Below are positions 42,638-54,517 of a stretch of DNA of 64,000 nucleotides, piece after piece (the stretch's first letter is position 1; every line of letters starts with the position of its first letter). Made by a program: the position numbers and the translations under genes. This stretch comes from Trypanosoma brucei (Eukaryota), in contig CH464491.1 of the NCBI GenBank assembly GCA_000002445.1, positions 1,024,001 through 1,088,000 of the forward strand, read 5' to 3'. A model generated the notes under the pieces. The model had not been told where the DNA came from and ran no database searches. It saw only the letters and a program-made list of their open reading frames with translations.

Positions 42638-44377
42638 ATGATTACATCGGCTGCTCATTTCGCTTGGTGTTACTCTAATTGTTTTTCATCCCTTCGCCAC
42701 TGTAGCCGTAGTAAACTGAAGATTGACATGACTGACAGCGAGTCGGATGCAGGGTTCATCCAACTGCGGAACCGGCTGCTAGAACTACTGTATAGTAGCA
42801 ACTCATCCTTTTCCGTGGATCAAATTGCGCGCATACTCGCTGTGGATGAGTCAAAAATTGTGAATGAACTAAAACACGTTGCTCACAATGACGTGGCGTA
42901 CGATGAGGCAAAAGGAATTGTGCAAGTACGCGCGGATATGTGGAAACCACGGTCAATGAAGGCTGGAGATGTTGTTATTGACACGGCCGCGACAACGACC
43001 CCCGCGGCTGTTGCTGATGTGGCTCCTGGAAGTGTCGCTGTGGAAGCCTATGGTGGTGGCACCTCTGGTGGTGGGGTTGAGCGAAGGAACATAAATGCAG
43101 GGGGGCCGCTTACGCCTTCACCGGTGTTGGGTAGTCCATTGAATCCCATGTTTAAGGCCTACCCAAAGTACGGCAGCCACAATTATTACCCCAATCGTGG
43201 CATGCGTGTTCTGGCGCCCAAAGGGGCGTTACGTAAAACGAAGTACCGCCGTACCGGTGATGCTGAAACGCTCGGTAAAGGTGGCGGCATGAGAGATGAG
43301 GGAACGTCACCAACGGGGCGTGTTGGTTATGTTTGTGTTGCGGATGAGTTCCGTCTCAGTGAGATGGAGTCATACTACTGTGCACAGGGTTATTATGCAA
43401 AGTTTGCTTTCGATGTTCTTCATATTCGCTTCTCTGACAGGGAGATGAAGGCAAAGGACCCACGCGGTGATGGCTTGGGGGCTGGAGGCAGCGGTTGCCA
43501 GGATGGCTCTGGTAACAATTTGGATAATTCAAGCACCAACCCTGCTGGAGGTGAAAAGGTTACCGATCGGACCACTTCATCTGCATTTACGAAACTATCC
43601 CGAAGTGCCGGCTTTGATCTGTTTGTGTTTGGGTACGGGGCGGTGGTGTGGTGGGGATTCGACCAGCGTTTTTTCAAAATTGTGGAGAACGACTTTATGT
43701 TGTCCAGCAGCCCTATTTCCAACCTTATGGTGAACCGCTATGCCACGCATTTGGTGAATGCAAACTACCCTGTGTGGTGTACATACAATCTTGCCCGCAA
43801 AGAATCGCTGGAACCTGATGAACACTTTCGGGAGCAACTCCGCTTCGATCACTTTCTCATTCCATGTGGTCGTGGGGATTTTTCTACAGGTAATGTGTGC
43901 ATGTTATGCGTTTCGCACGCCCTTGCGCAGTCAGCAAAAATTGACTACCTTGAGCTGAAGGTGCAAGAACTGGCGGAGAGATGCTCCCCGCTGCCGCGGG
44001 AACTGCGTGAAAATGGTCGAGTGACCATTGCGGAACGGCGGCTTCTGCAACTCCGTGGGGAGGTGCTGTCGTATCGGTTGATGCTTAAGAGCGGATCTAA
44101 TCTCATGGATGAACCCGACTTCTTTTGGGAAAACGCTTACTTAAAGCCAGTGTTTCAAGCTACCAAGGAGTATTTTGAAATTGCGGAGCGTGTTGAGGCA
44201 CTGGATAATAAACTGGACGCAGCAAACGAAATATTGTCGATGATTGCGGAGGAGTTCTCACAACGTCATGGTGCGCGGCTGGAGTGGATTGTCATTTGGC
44301 TCGTCTTCGTGGAGGTTATTCTTGGTGTGCTGGAGTTGATTATTAACATCAAGCCTTGGGTGGAACGCGGGAAGTGA
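42638..44377 (+). CDS. DUF155 / RMD1 (Sif2)-like protein with a C-terminal transmembrane helix
   Basis: FDLFVFGYGAVVWWGFDQ matches the DUF155 core. There is a coiled region and a terminal TM helix WIVIWLVFVEVILGVLELI. The track ORF starts at TTG 42617; the first ATG is at 42638, and the N-terminus resembles a mitochondrial presequence. Confidence 0.5.
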   Translation: MITSAAHFAWCYSNCFSSLRHCSRSKLKIDMTDSESDAGFIQLRNRLLELLYSSNSSFSVDQIARILAVDESKIVNELKHVAHNDVAYDEAKGIVQVRADMWKPRSMKAGDVVIDTAATTTPAAVADVAPGSVAVEAYGGGTSGGGVERRNINAGGPLTPSPVLGSPLNPMFKAYPKYGSHNYYPNRGMRVLAPKGALRKTKYRRTGDAETLGKGGGMRDEGTSPTGRVGYVCVADEFRLSEMESYYCAQGYYAKFAFDVLHIRFSDREMKAKDPRGDGLGAGGSGCQDGSGNNLDNSSTNPAGGEKVTDRTTSSAFTKLSRSAGFDLFVFGYGAVVWWGFDQRFFKIVENDFMLSSSPISNLMVNRYATHLVNANYPVWCTYNLARKESLEPDEHFREQLRFDHFLIPCGRGDFSTGNVCMLCVSHALAQSAKIDYLELKVQELAERCSPLPRELRENGRVTIAERRLLQLRGEVLSYRLMLKSGSNLMDEPDFFWENAYLKPVFQATKEYFEIAERVEALDNKLDAANEILSMIAEEFSQRHGARLEWIVIWLVFVEVILGVLELIINIKPWVERGK

Positions 44378-44892
44378 GGGAAAAAGAAAGTATTAAGAGA
44401 GGAAAGTGTAGGTATAAGAGGGTGCAAAGAGAGCAAAAAAAGAAATAATAATAATAAATGGAGTACCAGGTTTCTGTGTTTGTGGAATGGGTGCCACAAC
44501 AAAGTGCCTGTGGAGAATGTGGTGTTGGTTGTGCGTTTCCAATGTTTCTAACATTAACGGAGGCGCTGAAACGCAATATGGGAGAGGTGGTACAATTTGG
44601 TGCCTTGCATAATAATTTCCCATTGTTTCTTCGCTGTTGGTTGCCGATTTATGCGTTGCAGTTAAGAAATGGATGAAAATAAAGGGAACTTCGTTTCAAG
44701 CCCTATTGGTTCATTTTTTTAGTTCGGGCTACATCCACTTCATATTTGTTTAATATTTAGTACTCAGTTGTTTCTTTTTCTCTAAATAAAAGAATATATA
44801 TATTCTTTGTTATACCCTCCTCCTACTATTGTATTTTGGCCCCTTTAGTTTCGCATTCTTCTGGACGTGTGCTTAGACAAAAGAGTATCCAT

Positions 44893-44895
<3 letters not shown>

Positions 44896-44923
<28 letters not shown>
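44896..44923. repeat. (TA)14 microsatellite
   Basis: Direct reading of the sequence. Confidence 0.9.
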
Positions 44924-44926
<3 letters not shown>

Positions 44927-45266
44927 TTCGTGTGTGTGCTTCTGTTCATGCGAGGGGTAATTTGATCGTTTCCTCTTCTCTTTATCCTTCAACCAATTTG
45001 ACCTATTCTTTCTTTTTCTTCACGTGGTCACGTTAAGCTTTAGAGGTATCGACATCCCGCCTCTTTGCCTGCAGAAGTAAAAAGAAATTGCACCTGTGGC
45101 AGGCCAGCACGAAGAACTGAAGCACTGTCGTGTGTGTAATATCAGTTGGGGTTTCAGTGGTGTAGGCAGAGTGAGGCATAATACAAATATTGTGAGGGAA
45201 TTTGCCATATTATTCGACATCAGACAGAGGGGAAAGTCAAACAAAGGGAAAAGTACGAGTACATAG

Positions 45267-45482
45267 ATGATCATTCCTGTTCGGTGTTTCACATGCGGCA
45301 ACGTTATTGCAGACAAATATCTGTTGTATCTTGACCTTGTTGCTGAGGGCTCGTCAGAAGAAGCTGCATTGGATGCTTTCAACCTTTGGCGGTTCTGCTG
45401 CCGCCGCATGTTTCTCACACATGTGGACTTCTCCGATCTCTTGCTGAAATATAACCCGGCTGACTCCAGTGTTGCGGTGTAA
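45267..45482 (+). CDS. RPB10: DNA-directed RNA polymerases I/II/III subunit RPB10 (RPABC5), 71 aa
   Basis: MIIPVRCFTCGNVI...RFCCRRMFLTHVDFSDLLLKYN matches the universally conserved RPB10 zinc-bundle sequence (MIIPVRCFTCGKVI...YCCRRMLLTHVDLIEKLL). Confidence 0.85.
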   Translation: MIIPVRCFTCGNVIADKYLLYLDLVAEGSSEEAALDAFNLWRFCCRRMFLTHVDFSDLLLKYNPADSSVAV

Positions 45483-46179
45483 GCGAAAGAAGCCGTTATG
45501 AGCGCAAGGTTGAGAGGGGGGGGGTTGAGATATATGCGCGTGCCACCTGCCTTTTGTTTGTTTTGATTTGAATAAGCTCTTCGGTTTGAGAGGGGTGGTG
45601 GGGAAATTACATGTGCATGCAAAGAAAGTGAAGGGTATATATGTGTGTGCGTGTGTTATGCATCACGTTCCATGAAATACTCGCAGTTTGTGGGACATGT
45701 TCAACTCTCCAGTTTTATTGACTCCATTCCTTACTGTCCCTGACTAACGTGTGTGTCCTGCTCGTTATTATGCTGCGCTTTATCTTCTCCTGTTTTTTTT
45801 TTAAAAAAAGACACATGCACGAAAAAAAAAAGGAAAATGGTGTAGGGCGCGGAGTAAAAGTTTATGTCTTGTCCACTCGAGTTTGTATTTTTTGTGTTTT
45901 ATCGCCGCATTTTGAATTCTTTGGTCACCATAATGGTGCACTCACTTCCTCCCGGCATTATGCTTTCTCTTTTCCTTGCCCTTTTCTCATTTCTCAGTTT
46001 GTTTAGTTAATTACTCACTCCCTCTAGGTTTATTTACACAGATTAGTTGCGGTTACCTCCCACTGCCTGCTGCGTCCGTTGTCAGCACCACCGCTGCAGT
46101 GTTCTATCAAAAAAGAGAAAAGCAAAAAAGAAAAGAAAAGAAAAGAACGAAGTTGTGACAGGTTAGCAAACATACAAAT

Positions 46180-47727
46180 ATGGTAGGGCAAACCCAATCG
46201 ACAAAAGTGTTGTCGTCCTCAACGTCTCAAGTTGGTCGAGCACGTGTTGACCCTAAGCGAAGGTACGGCTTCGCAAATGCCGTGGCAAAGGGTTCGTTGG
46301 CACGACGCGTGGGTGTAATGAGCGAAAGTGAGCTTTGCAACATCCGCCACATCCTTACTGCTGATGAAGACAGCTACAACGCATATCGCCGCCATGTGGA
46401 TGAACAGCGGGCGGAAGCATCGAAGGCACGTGTTGCTGACTGGCCTGATACTCTCCAAGCTAAGCAGGAAGCATTTTTACGCCTCCGTGAACAGGAAAAG
46501 AAAGAGGAGGAACGCCGCAAAGCAATGCTGATTGAGTTGAGTGGCCAACACCAGGAAGAGGAAAGGAAACAAAAGCAGGCACATATGGCGATGAAACTGC
46601 TTCAGGAAGACCCACGTAGCCATCATGTGCGTAGTCTTATTCTGCTGGACGAAGCGATAAAGGACCGCGATGCGCAGCTTGCCGTGAAGGCGCAGGTTAA
46701 GAAAGCGGAGGAAGAACAACAGAAGAGGGAGCAGGAGATACTTATGAGCGGGGCGCACGATCACATATTGAAGGAGCAGCAGGAGAAGTATGACCGCATC
46801 GCCCGTGAAGTAGATCTCAAGAATAACCACCTTCAACAGATGATGTTCCAGATTGCTGAGAGAAAGAAGCTGAAGGCCTTGAGCAAGGATGACGCGATTG
46901 AGGCCAAGCGTGCAGCAGAGGAGGAGGAGCAGGAAAATTTGGAAGAGTTCATGGACATGCGGAAGAAGATGGCAGAGGTGGACAAATACAATCGAAGTAT
47001 AGCGAAACCACCGCTTTCTAAGCATGGTCGCCTCCTGGAACGCATCAAACGCGACGAACTTGAGGAGAAGGAGCACTCAAGACAGGAACAGGCCCTTGAA
47101 GAGGCCAAGAAGGATATTAAAGCACGGATTGAAAGGAAGCGGGAATACTTTGAGAGGGCCAAGGAAATCAGCCACAAAGCGTTTGAAGCGGAGCACCGTG
47201 CGACGCAGCAAATTGCACAAACCCAGGACGTGTTTGAGAAGCGGTGGACTGATATGGTTGGTCGTATGGCTGCTGACGATGACGCGCGCAAGCAGCAAAT
47301 GGTAGAGGAGCGGCGGCGCAAGGCAGAAGAATTGCGTCGCAGGACGATGGGTGAGGTGGAGCCAGAGGTGCTTCCAGAAAACATCCGTAAGGCACAAACA
47401 CACCGTGCTGGCTTCATGGACGATGAGGAGGCACGGGCTTATCAATTAGAGATGCGAAAGCACCCGGAGAGGGTGCGGATGGAACAGCGGTTAGAAGCGG
47501 AGCGGCTGCGCAGAGAGGCGGAATTGCTGCAACACATCCACAAGCTGCAAGCGGAGGAGAGAAAGGAGAATGAGCGACGTGAGGAAGCAATGGAATTGGA
47601 AGCGCAGCGGTTACTGGAGGAGGCAGTAAAGGAGGATGAAGAGCGCTATAGGGCATATGTGGAGTCGCAGTTACCAGCCAACATGAATCCTTACCTGCGT
47701 CAGAAAGCAATGGAGTTGCACGTGTAA
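46180..47727 (+). CDS. coiled-coil protein rich in E/K/R/Q (trichohyalin-like), 515 aa
   Basis: Continuous heptad-like charged repeats (EEERRKAM..., REQEIL..., EEARAYQLEMRK...). The overlapping antisense ORFs are compositional artefacts. Confidence 0.5.
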   Translation: MVGQTQSTKVLSSSTSQVGRARVDPKRRYGFANAVAKGSLARRVGVMSESELCNIRHILTADEDSYNAYRRHVDEQRAEASKARVADWPDTLQAKQEAFLRLREQEKKEEERRKAMLIELSGQHQEEERKQKQAHMAMKLLQEDPRSHHVRSLILLDEAIKDRDAQLAVKAQVKKAEEEQQKREQEILMSGAHDHILKEQQEKYDRIAREVDLKNNHLQQMMFQIAERKKLKALSKDDAIEAKRAAEEEEQENLEEFMDMRKKMAEVDKYNRSIAKPPLSKHGRLLERIKRDELEEKEHSRQEQALEEAKKDIKARIERKREYFERAKEISHKAFEAEHRATQQIAQTQDVFEKRWTDMVGRMAADDDARKQQMVEERRRKAEELRRRTMGEVEPEVLPENIRKAQTHRAGFMDDEEARAYQLEMRKHPERVRMEQRLEAERLRREAELLQHIHKLQAEERKENERREEAMELEAQRLLEEAVKEDEERYRAYVESQLPANMNPYLRQKAMELHV

Positions 47728-49133
47728 GAAATTATGTAACACTTGCTTCCCATCCTCTCTTTTGACACAACACGGAGGAGCCGCGAGACAATACGCAAGC
47801 CAAGTGAAGTGAAGTGAAGTGCATTAGAGCGGGTGTGCGTGCACTTACACGTTCGTGTGAACCTGCGACGGAAGTTATGGTATGTATGTGTGTATGTGTA
47901 TTTTTCATTTTTTGTTTTTTGTTATGGTGGTGACATATATAGAGTAGTGCAAAAAACAACACTAAAAAGAAAGGTGGATGAGGGAGGTTGTGCGAGGTAA
48001 ATATGAGAAGAACAGGTGTAGAATTGGATTGACTGTTGTGTTTTCGTGTTTACCGGTGGTTCCGATCGATACCTCGTGCTTCTCCTCTAGGCGATTATGG
48101 GAAGAAAGACAATGGATCGAAAAGAACAACGGAGACAGAAAAAAACAACAACAACTCGAGAACGGCACAAAGAAAAAGTAGAAAAAGAGGACGGTTTCGA
48201 CCAAGGGCGCCTCATGCGCCCAATATTGAATGTTGAGCTAGATGTATCTGTACTGGTCCAATCGTGGGCCCCCTTTTACCGAAGCCGCTGCTGTTTTTGT
48301 GGTTTCGTTTCCTTTTAGAGTTGGGTAGTTTATCTTGCTGCTCTCCGTCATTTTAAAAGGAAAACGAACAAGCCAAAGAAAAAAAGGGGAAGGATTTCTT
48401 ACAGGCAGCATCGCCTGAAGGGGGAAACGAGTTGCGCCGCGAAGGCCCATGGCCCCATCCGTACGTTTGTTTTCTGTCGGACCACCATGGCTTTCTTTTT
48501 TTTTTAATTTTTGTTCTCTCTCACTCCCGTGCCCCTATTGTTATTTCAAATGATGTGTTTCACTCCCAAATGGATCGATGGCAGCCCTTGTTCAAATTAT
48601 TTGCATAATAATGATACCAAAAACCTCCCTTATTTTTCTCTTCTCTTGCATTCCTTTGATTTGAATGTTGCATATTCTTTTCACCCCCTTCAAAAAAAAA
48701 AAAATAATAATAATAACAATAACTGAAATAAAGAAGGCAACCCGTATTTAAACTACTACAGGAACAGCATTTATTGCACTCGCTCTCATTTGAGTGGTTT
48801 GCCGTGTGGCTGGTCAGTTGTTGTAGCTTTGTGGAATCACACTTTGCTGTGGAAGGTGGGAGTGTGACAGTGACTGAAAGAAAAATAAAATAAAAATTTC
48901 AAAAATAAAAGAAGGCGGTGCCACATTTCGACAACAAATTGGGGAAAAGAAAGGACATTTCTGATTTTGATTTCAGCAAGTGATCGAAAGTAATTGCGGT
49001 AAAGGGGGAAGTCGGCCAATATACACGCATATATATATATATATATATATATTCGTTTGCTTTCTTCGCGGAAATTAGAGGCACTATCATACGGCAGTGG
49101 GAGGGACCTAGTGAAACTTCTCTCGCGCACTTC

Positions 49134-50516
49134 ATGATCCGTTGGGACCATGGGGGGTTGGTAACGTCCCCCGCAACTACTGCAGCAAGTGCAGGGATGG
49201 GCTGCGAATATCCTTTTCACCAGGATAATAACCAAACGAGCATATATCCCTCACCACCACCAGGCGTCACTGGGGAGCCGCAAAATATCAGCACGGCGAC
49301 AAGAGTAAATGATGTAGGGGGAGGGGCTGTGGAAGCTCCACACAATATTCCTGCTGGAGCACCATCATCCAACCGTCATCCGTTGGCAGAGAGCGGTGCA
49401 GGGCTTCCTTTCCGCTTTTCACAAAGGGGGTTACCGCCCCATTCCACGCATTTTGTGGATCCGTACAGTCACAACTATTCGATGTACAACAGTTGTGGCC
49501 CACCGCCATCCTCAGTAGGTTACCAACGGTTATGTGGTGGGGCCCCACCTCCTCTACAATTCCGCTCAGGGTCTTCACAGATGTGGCATACTACGGTGAT
49601 GGTTCCCACCCAACACTGGGGAGCGGTTGGTTATTTCCCTGCAATAGTTACCCGTCCCTCGCAACTGAATTTTTCCGGTTCATATGATCCAGTGGCGTGG
49701 TCGGGCCCACCGAGCTATCCTGGGCAATTTGCAGCGGGTAATCGCCGTCAGTTGGGTCAACAAGAACAGTATCGGCAACCGTACTCTAACTACCATAACC
49801 GACCACAACCTCACCGCCAAATGCATGCACAACCACCATATATGGCTCACCGTATGACGGTAAATGCAGTTACGTATGGCTTTGGGGATCCTACACTGGG
49901 GGTTTACCGCACCTCTGCTGATGGGTGGAAATACCGCGGGGCATATGGTGGTGGACGGCGCCCTTCACCTCCATTCCAAGCGATGGTCACTCGACCACTG
50001 GTTTCTAGCAACGGACGCCGCAGGCGGGGGACTCACGCCAGAGCAAACATGGCTGGTGGCTGGGGAGATTTGGATACCTACGACTTATATGCGTTTGAGG
50101 CCGGTGAAAACCTTGATGTGGATAATATGTCTTATGAGGAGTTGTTGGAGCTCACAGAGCGTCTCGGAATGGTGGAGCGTGGTGTGCAACCCGCGAGACT
50201 GAACGAACTGCGTGTTGTGATTACACCTACTCACGTGAAGCAACAATTAGAATCCGATAGGATGGTAGCTGGCCGTAATGGGCTCGTTAAGGGGGGTGCA
50301 AATATTGACCAGGAGGAAAAGGAAGCAAATGAGAAAATGTGCGAGGAAGATCCAATCAAATGTTGTATTTGTCTAGATGGCGTCCTAGTTGGACAAACGG
50401 CCACGCGAATGCCTTGCTGCCGAAACTTTCTTCACGCGTCGTGTGCCGCTCCATGGTTCGAGTCACACTTCCGTTGCCCAATCTGCAAGTCTGATATCCG
50501 TGGCGGCGATCATTAG
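49134..50516 (+). CDS. RING-type zinc finger protein with a Q/P/Y/G-rich low-complexity N-terminal region, 460 aa
   Basis: C-terminal CCICLDGVLVGQTATRMPCCRNFLHASCAAPWFESHFRCPICK fits the C3HC4/RING-H2-like pattern C-x2-C-x14-C-x4-H-x2-C-x12-C-x2-C. Confidence 0.65.
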   Translation: MIRWDHGGLVTSPATTAASAGMGCEYPFHQDNNQTSIYPSPPPGVTGEPQNISTATRVNDVGGGAVEAPHNIPAGAPSSNRHPLAESGAGLPFRFSQRGLPPHSTHFVDPYSHNYSMYNSCGPPPSSVGYQRLCGGAPPPLQFRSGSSQMWHTTVMVPTQHWGAVGYFPAIVTRPSQLNFSGSYDPVAWSGPPSYPGQFAAGNRRQLGQQEQYRQPYSNYHNRPQPHRQMHAQPPYMAHRMTVNAVTYGFGDPTLGVYRTSADGWKYRGAYGGGRRPSPPFQAMVTRPLVSSNGRRRRGTHARANMAGGWGDLDTYDLYAFEAGENLDVDNMSYEELLELTERLGMVERGVQPARLNELRVVITPTHVKQQLESDRMVAGRNGLVKGGANIDQEEKEANEKMCEEDPIKCCICLDGVLVGQTATRMPCCRNFLHASCAAPWFESHFRCPICKSDIRGGDH

Positions 50517-51577
50517 CTATTTTTGTTCGACCGTCATGCTACCCAGTTGCAACACCTTCTCGCTCTTGTCACTTTGCAGTGCAATGGCTTGCGAGGGAAA
50601 CAAAGGGAAAATGTAATGTGTTAAAAAGAGGGGAAAGGGAGTTGGGAACATGTTACTAAGGTTGTAACCCATTTTCACGGGTTCACTTTACTTTGCTTTG
50701 ATTTTCTTCTCTCTCTCTCTCTCTCCTTTTTTTTTTCCACCGGTTGCTTTAATGAGTTTCCAAACTGCTGTTTTCCTACTCTACTAACCGCTTTCTTTCC
50801 CCCTCCTCCTCTCAAGGGAGTTTCGGTTGATAGGAGAAATTTCATTGCCCACCAATGACCGTCTTTATTATTATTATTATCATTATTATTATTATTTATA
50901 CTCTTGTCGTTGCCGTTGGTGTTTTGCTTCCCTGTCTTCCCCTACCGTCACGCTAACTACTCTTCTGCATTATGGTCGTATGTAAAAGTGTCCGTAAAAA
51001 AAAAAAATAATAATGAAAGAAGGAGTACCGTAAAAATACAGCGCGATTTGTTTGTAAAAAAAGAAACAAAAAGATAAAGAAAGAAAGGATGTGTGCGTGT
51101 CTGTATTTGTGCGGAACGGACTAGTGGGAAAAGGGATCATGGGATGCAAAATGTTAGGGGAAGGGGGAGTGAGATGATATAAGTGAGGAAAAGAGAATCA
51201 TGGTGGCGGTGAACACTGAAAGACGGTGATTTCTTTTCTTTTTCTTTTTTTTTTTTGGAACGTGCACGTTTTTTTTTCTTTTTTCTTTTTTGCTGATCGA
51301 CGTTATATGATACGTATTCATGTAAATATATTTATTCATTTACATATTTATTTATATCTACATTAACCGAGGAAGTTGCTGTTGTTCATAAATGCCTCTC
51401 ACGGGGAAAAGAACCGATGGCGGTGATGGGGAATGGAGGTTAACAAAAGGGGGATTGATGTCCGGGGAAAGGAAAAGAAAAGAATAAAAAAATTAGAAAA
51501 AAAAGAGAGGAAATAAAATAAGAAAAGGGAGTTAAGAAGGAAGGAGGAAACACAAATGTTGAACAGGAAAAGAGACT

Positions 51578-51581
<4 letters not shown>

Positions 51582-51619
<38 letters not shown>
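51582..51619. repeat. (TA)19 microsatellite
   Basis: Direct reading of the sequence. Confidence 0.9.
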
Positions 51620-51622
<3 letters not shown>

Positions 51623-54243
51623 GAAGGGAGCGTTGGATGAGAGGCGCGTATTTATATAAAATGTAAAAAGCAAGCGCGGAGAAAAGAATTTAGCGGTTAC
51701 TAAGAAAGCATGCGTGCGTGTTTAAAAGAAGAGAGAAGGAAGTGAAATAATAATAAGAAAAAAAAACGAAAAATTAAGACCCGAGTTCCTCCCGCTTCCC
51801 TCACCGCGAACCAAATGGTCCTTAACCCGTGTTCCTCTATTCTTATTTTTCCTTTTTCTTTGAAACTCCTTACAATTCTTTTTGTTTCGTTTTTGTTCTT
51901 TTCTTTTTCTCTTTTTCCCGGTTACCCTCTGCGGTTTATTTACCTACATTTTATGTTTATGTTTGTGCTTGTTTTTTTTTTCTTCCCTTCCCTCATGATT
52001 CGATGACCTTATCCTTTTCTTTTCGGTTGTTGGTTTGTGTTCTTTTTTTTTGTTTTTGTCGCCTTCTTCGTATTAGCTTTTCTTGAAGGTGCTTGTGTTT
52101 TGTTCGCGGTGTTCTTTTTTTTCTTTCTTCCTTTTTTTTTCTTTTTTTCTTTTTCTTTTTTTTTTTTTACAATTAGTTTGTTTGTGTCTTTGGGTTTACT
52201 CCAGTTTTCACTTCTTCCTTTTCTCCTCATATTACTTACTTCTGTTCGTCTTTTTTTTTTCTTTTTTGTTACTGTAAGTGTTTACTCTGCTAGCGATAAG
52301 CTGACAGTAACTTCTCGCCCCTTACTCTCCCTGTTTCTCCCTTTTTTTTCATTTTTATTTATTTATTTGTTTGCCTACTTACTTCTTTCTTACTTTTTTA
52401 GATAAGTTTCCCTCGGCGTATATGTCTGTGTGCGTTGCTACTGCTGTGGAGGGGATTTTTATTTTTATTTTTTTTCTTTTTGTTATTATGAGTACAAGAG
52501 GGAGCTTAAAGAAAAAGTGAAAGATGCATATGTGGTTTTCCACACACTCAGAGTGAATGACTGAAGTGGTGGTTGTATGAAATACACAAATATATACGTA
52601 TATATAAATATATATATTTCTTTATGTATTCATACATATATTCACATATTTACATATTTTTATATAAATGTGTGTATTAATAATGATACTACTAGTAGTG
52701 ATATATATGTTTATATGTATTTATTTATATATATTTATGTACTCGTGTGTGCCCTTATGCTTACGTAGGATAACAGATACATATGCACACAAACAAGAAA
52801 AGAAAAAAAAGAAGAAAAAGAGAAAAGGAGGAAAGAAGAAAATGAACATTTACACCCCAGTGCTTTCCTGTGGATTTGTTCTTAATCGAACACACTCCCT
52901 CAAATCCCCCCCGTTTTTTTATATATTGAGTAAAAGCTGCCTCTTTTCTTTTTCTTTTTTTTTTCGTAATGATTGTTTTATTTAAAATATAAAAACTAAT
53001 ATTTTTGTTTTTGTTTCATTTTTGCCTCTTTGAGGAAGGGAAGGAAAGGGAAGGAGGGGAGAAGGGAGGACTCACGAGGGTGATTGAGGGGAGTTCTACA
53101 AAAAAAGTTGATTTTTGGCAGGGTGGCATTTCGTTAAAATTTTTTTATTTTCTTTTTTCTTTTTTTTTTTGCTTCGGTGTGGTGAAGGGCGATGATGGAG
53201 CTGACGTGGATTTACCCACGTTTATCTCTTTTTCTTTCTTTCCTTCTTGTTTCGTTTTTGTTTCGTTTCGTTGTGTTTGTGATTGTGCTTGTGTCTTACT
53301 TGCGTGTCATAATTTGTGAAAAAGAAGGGGTGGGGTTTGTAAGGAAAGGAAAAAGGAAAAAAAATTAGAAATAAAAATAGAAGGGAAGGGAAGAAAAGAG
53401 GGAAAAGAAATAAATGAATAACAAAGGGGGAAAGGAATGAAGGTATTGCAGGAAGTTAAGTTGTAGGTGTTTGTTGGGTGGTCGGTAACAGAAATAAAAA
53501 CGAAAAGAATCGCACATTTTTTTAAAAAAATTTCGAAACGATCATCGAATATATATATATATATATATTATGCCGAAAGAAAAGATTCATTCTCCCCGTT
53601 TTCATATCTAATTTTCATTATTATTACTATTATTGTATATTGACTTTTTCTTGCTTTCCTTCCCCTGGGCATTATGTTGTTTGCCGTCGTCGTAATTCTT
53701 AAGGGAATGTGGTCAACCACTCACGCCCCCCTTCTTAGCATTTTTTTTTTGTTTCACCACCCTTTCCTCAAATCCAGGAACAAAAAATAACCGAAATAAC
53801 CAAAACAAACAAACAATAAATGAGCGTATCGTCTCTATGAAAAGTTAAGCGGTGTCTTTTCTTTTTGTTTCGTCGCCGTCTTTAATTCATCCACCTTCTT
53901 TTTTTTTTCCTGCGGTTCCTCTTGTGATTGTGTGTCATATGAAGTGTTGGAATCTGAGGCACACTCTAAAAATCACGTTGTGGCAACTTCCATGGTTTTT
54001 TTTTCTCCCTTCGACTATCATATTCCCTTTTTATCTTGTTCTTTCTGCTTTTTTTTTCCTTTCCTTTTCTCTACGTTTTTTTTAGTTTAATTGGTTTTCT
54101 TTCGTGACTTTTTTTTTCCTTCTTTTAATGATGTTTACTGGTTTGTTCTGGCGCTTCTTATTATGCCCCTTTCTTTCTTTCTTGCTTCTGGTTTCCGCAT
54201 CCGCTATTTGTACTTTTCTGCTACCGCCGTGAATTGCAAAGTT

Positions 54244-54343
54244 TCTTCCCTCTTTTTTTTTCCCCCTCTTCTGGTTTTTGTCCATCAACTTGTGTTTTAA
54301 TTATTTTGTATTGTTGTTGTTGTTGGTTCTGATGCTTGACAAG
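54244..54343 (+). promoter_or_regulatory. Polypyrimidine tract (54244-54285) and first downstream AG (54342-54343) upstream of LeuRS
   Basis: CT-rich run TCTTCCCTCTTTTTTTTTCCCCCTCTTCTGGTTTTTGTCC, then a T/G-rich stretch with no AG until ACAAG at 54339-54343. Confidence 0.4.
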
Positions 54344-54517
54344 CGGTTTAAGTCAAGCTATTGGTTATAATAGCCAACTGGCGGCAAGTAAACATATTCA
54401 TCGCAACAGTGCTTTAAGGGGAGCAACATACTAAAACAAAATTTCCATAAGGTAGTAAGTGAATAAATAGGGGAATAATATAAAAGCATAAACTCGAAAA
54501 AAAAAAGAAAGAAACTC

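Larger units (their letters stand above)
50620..54500. repeat. Low-complexity spacer (T/CT-rich and GA-rich blocks, (TA)n, AT-rich patch 52570-52760) upstream of LeuRS
   Basis: Long homopolymeric and dinucleotide tracts. All ORFs in this region encode F/L/S- or K/E/G-rich low-complexity strings. Confidence 0.8.

Noticed and set aside
45020-45622. 200-aa minus-strand ORF across the RPB10 locus
   Set aside because: It is opposite a perfectly conserved RPB10 CDS and has no conserved features. It would be the only minus-strand gene in the window.
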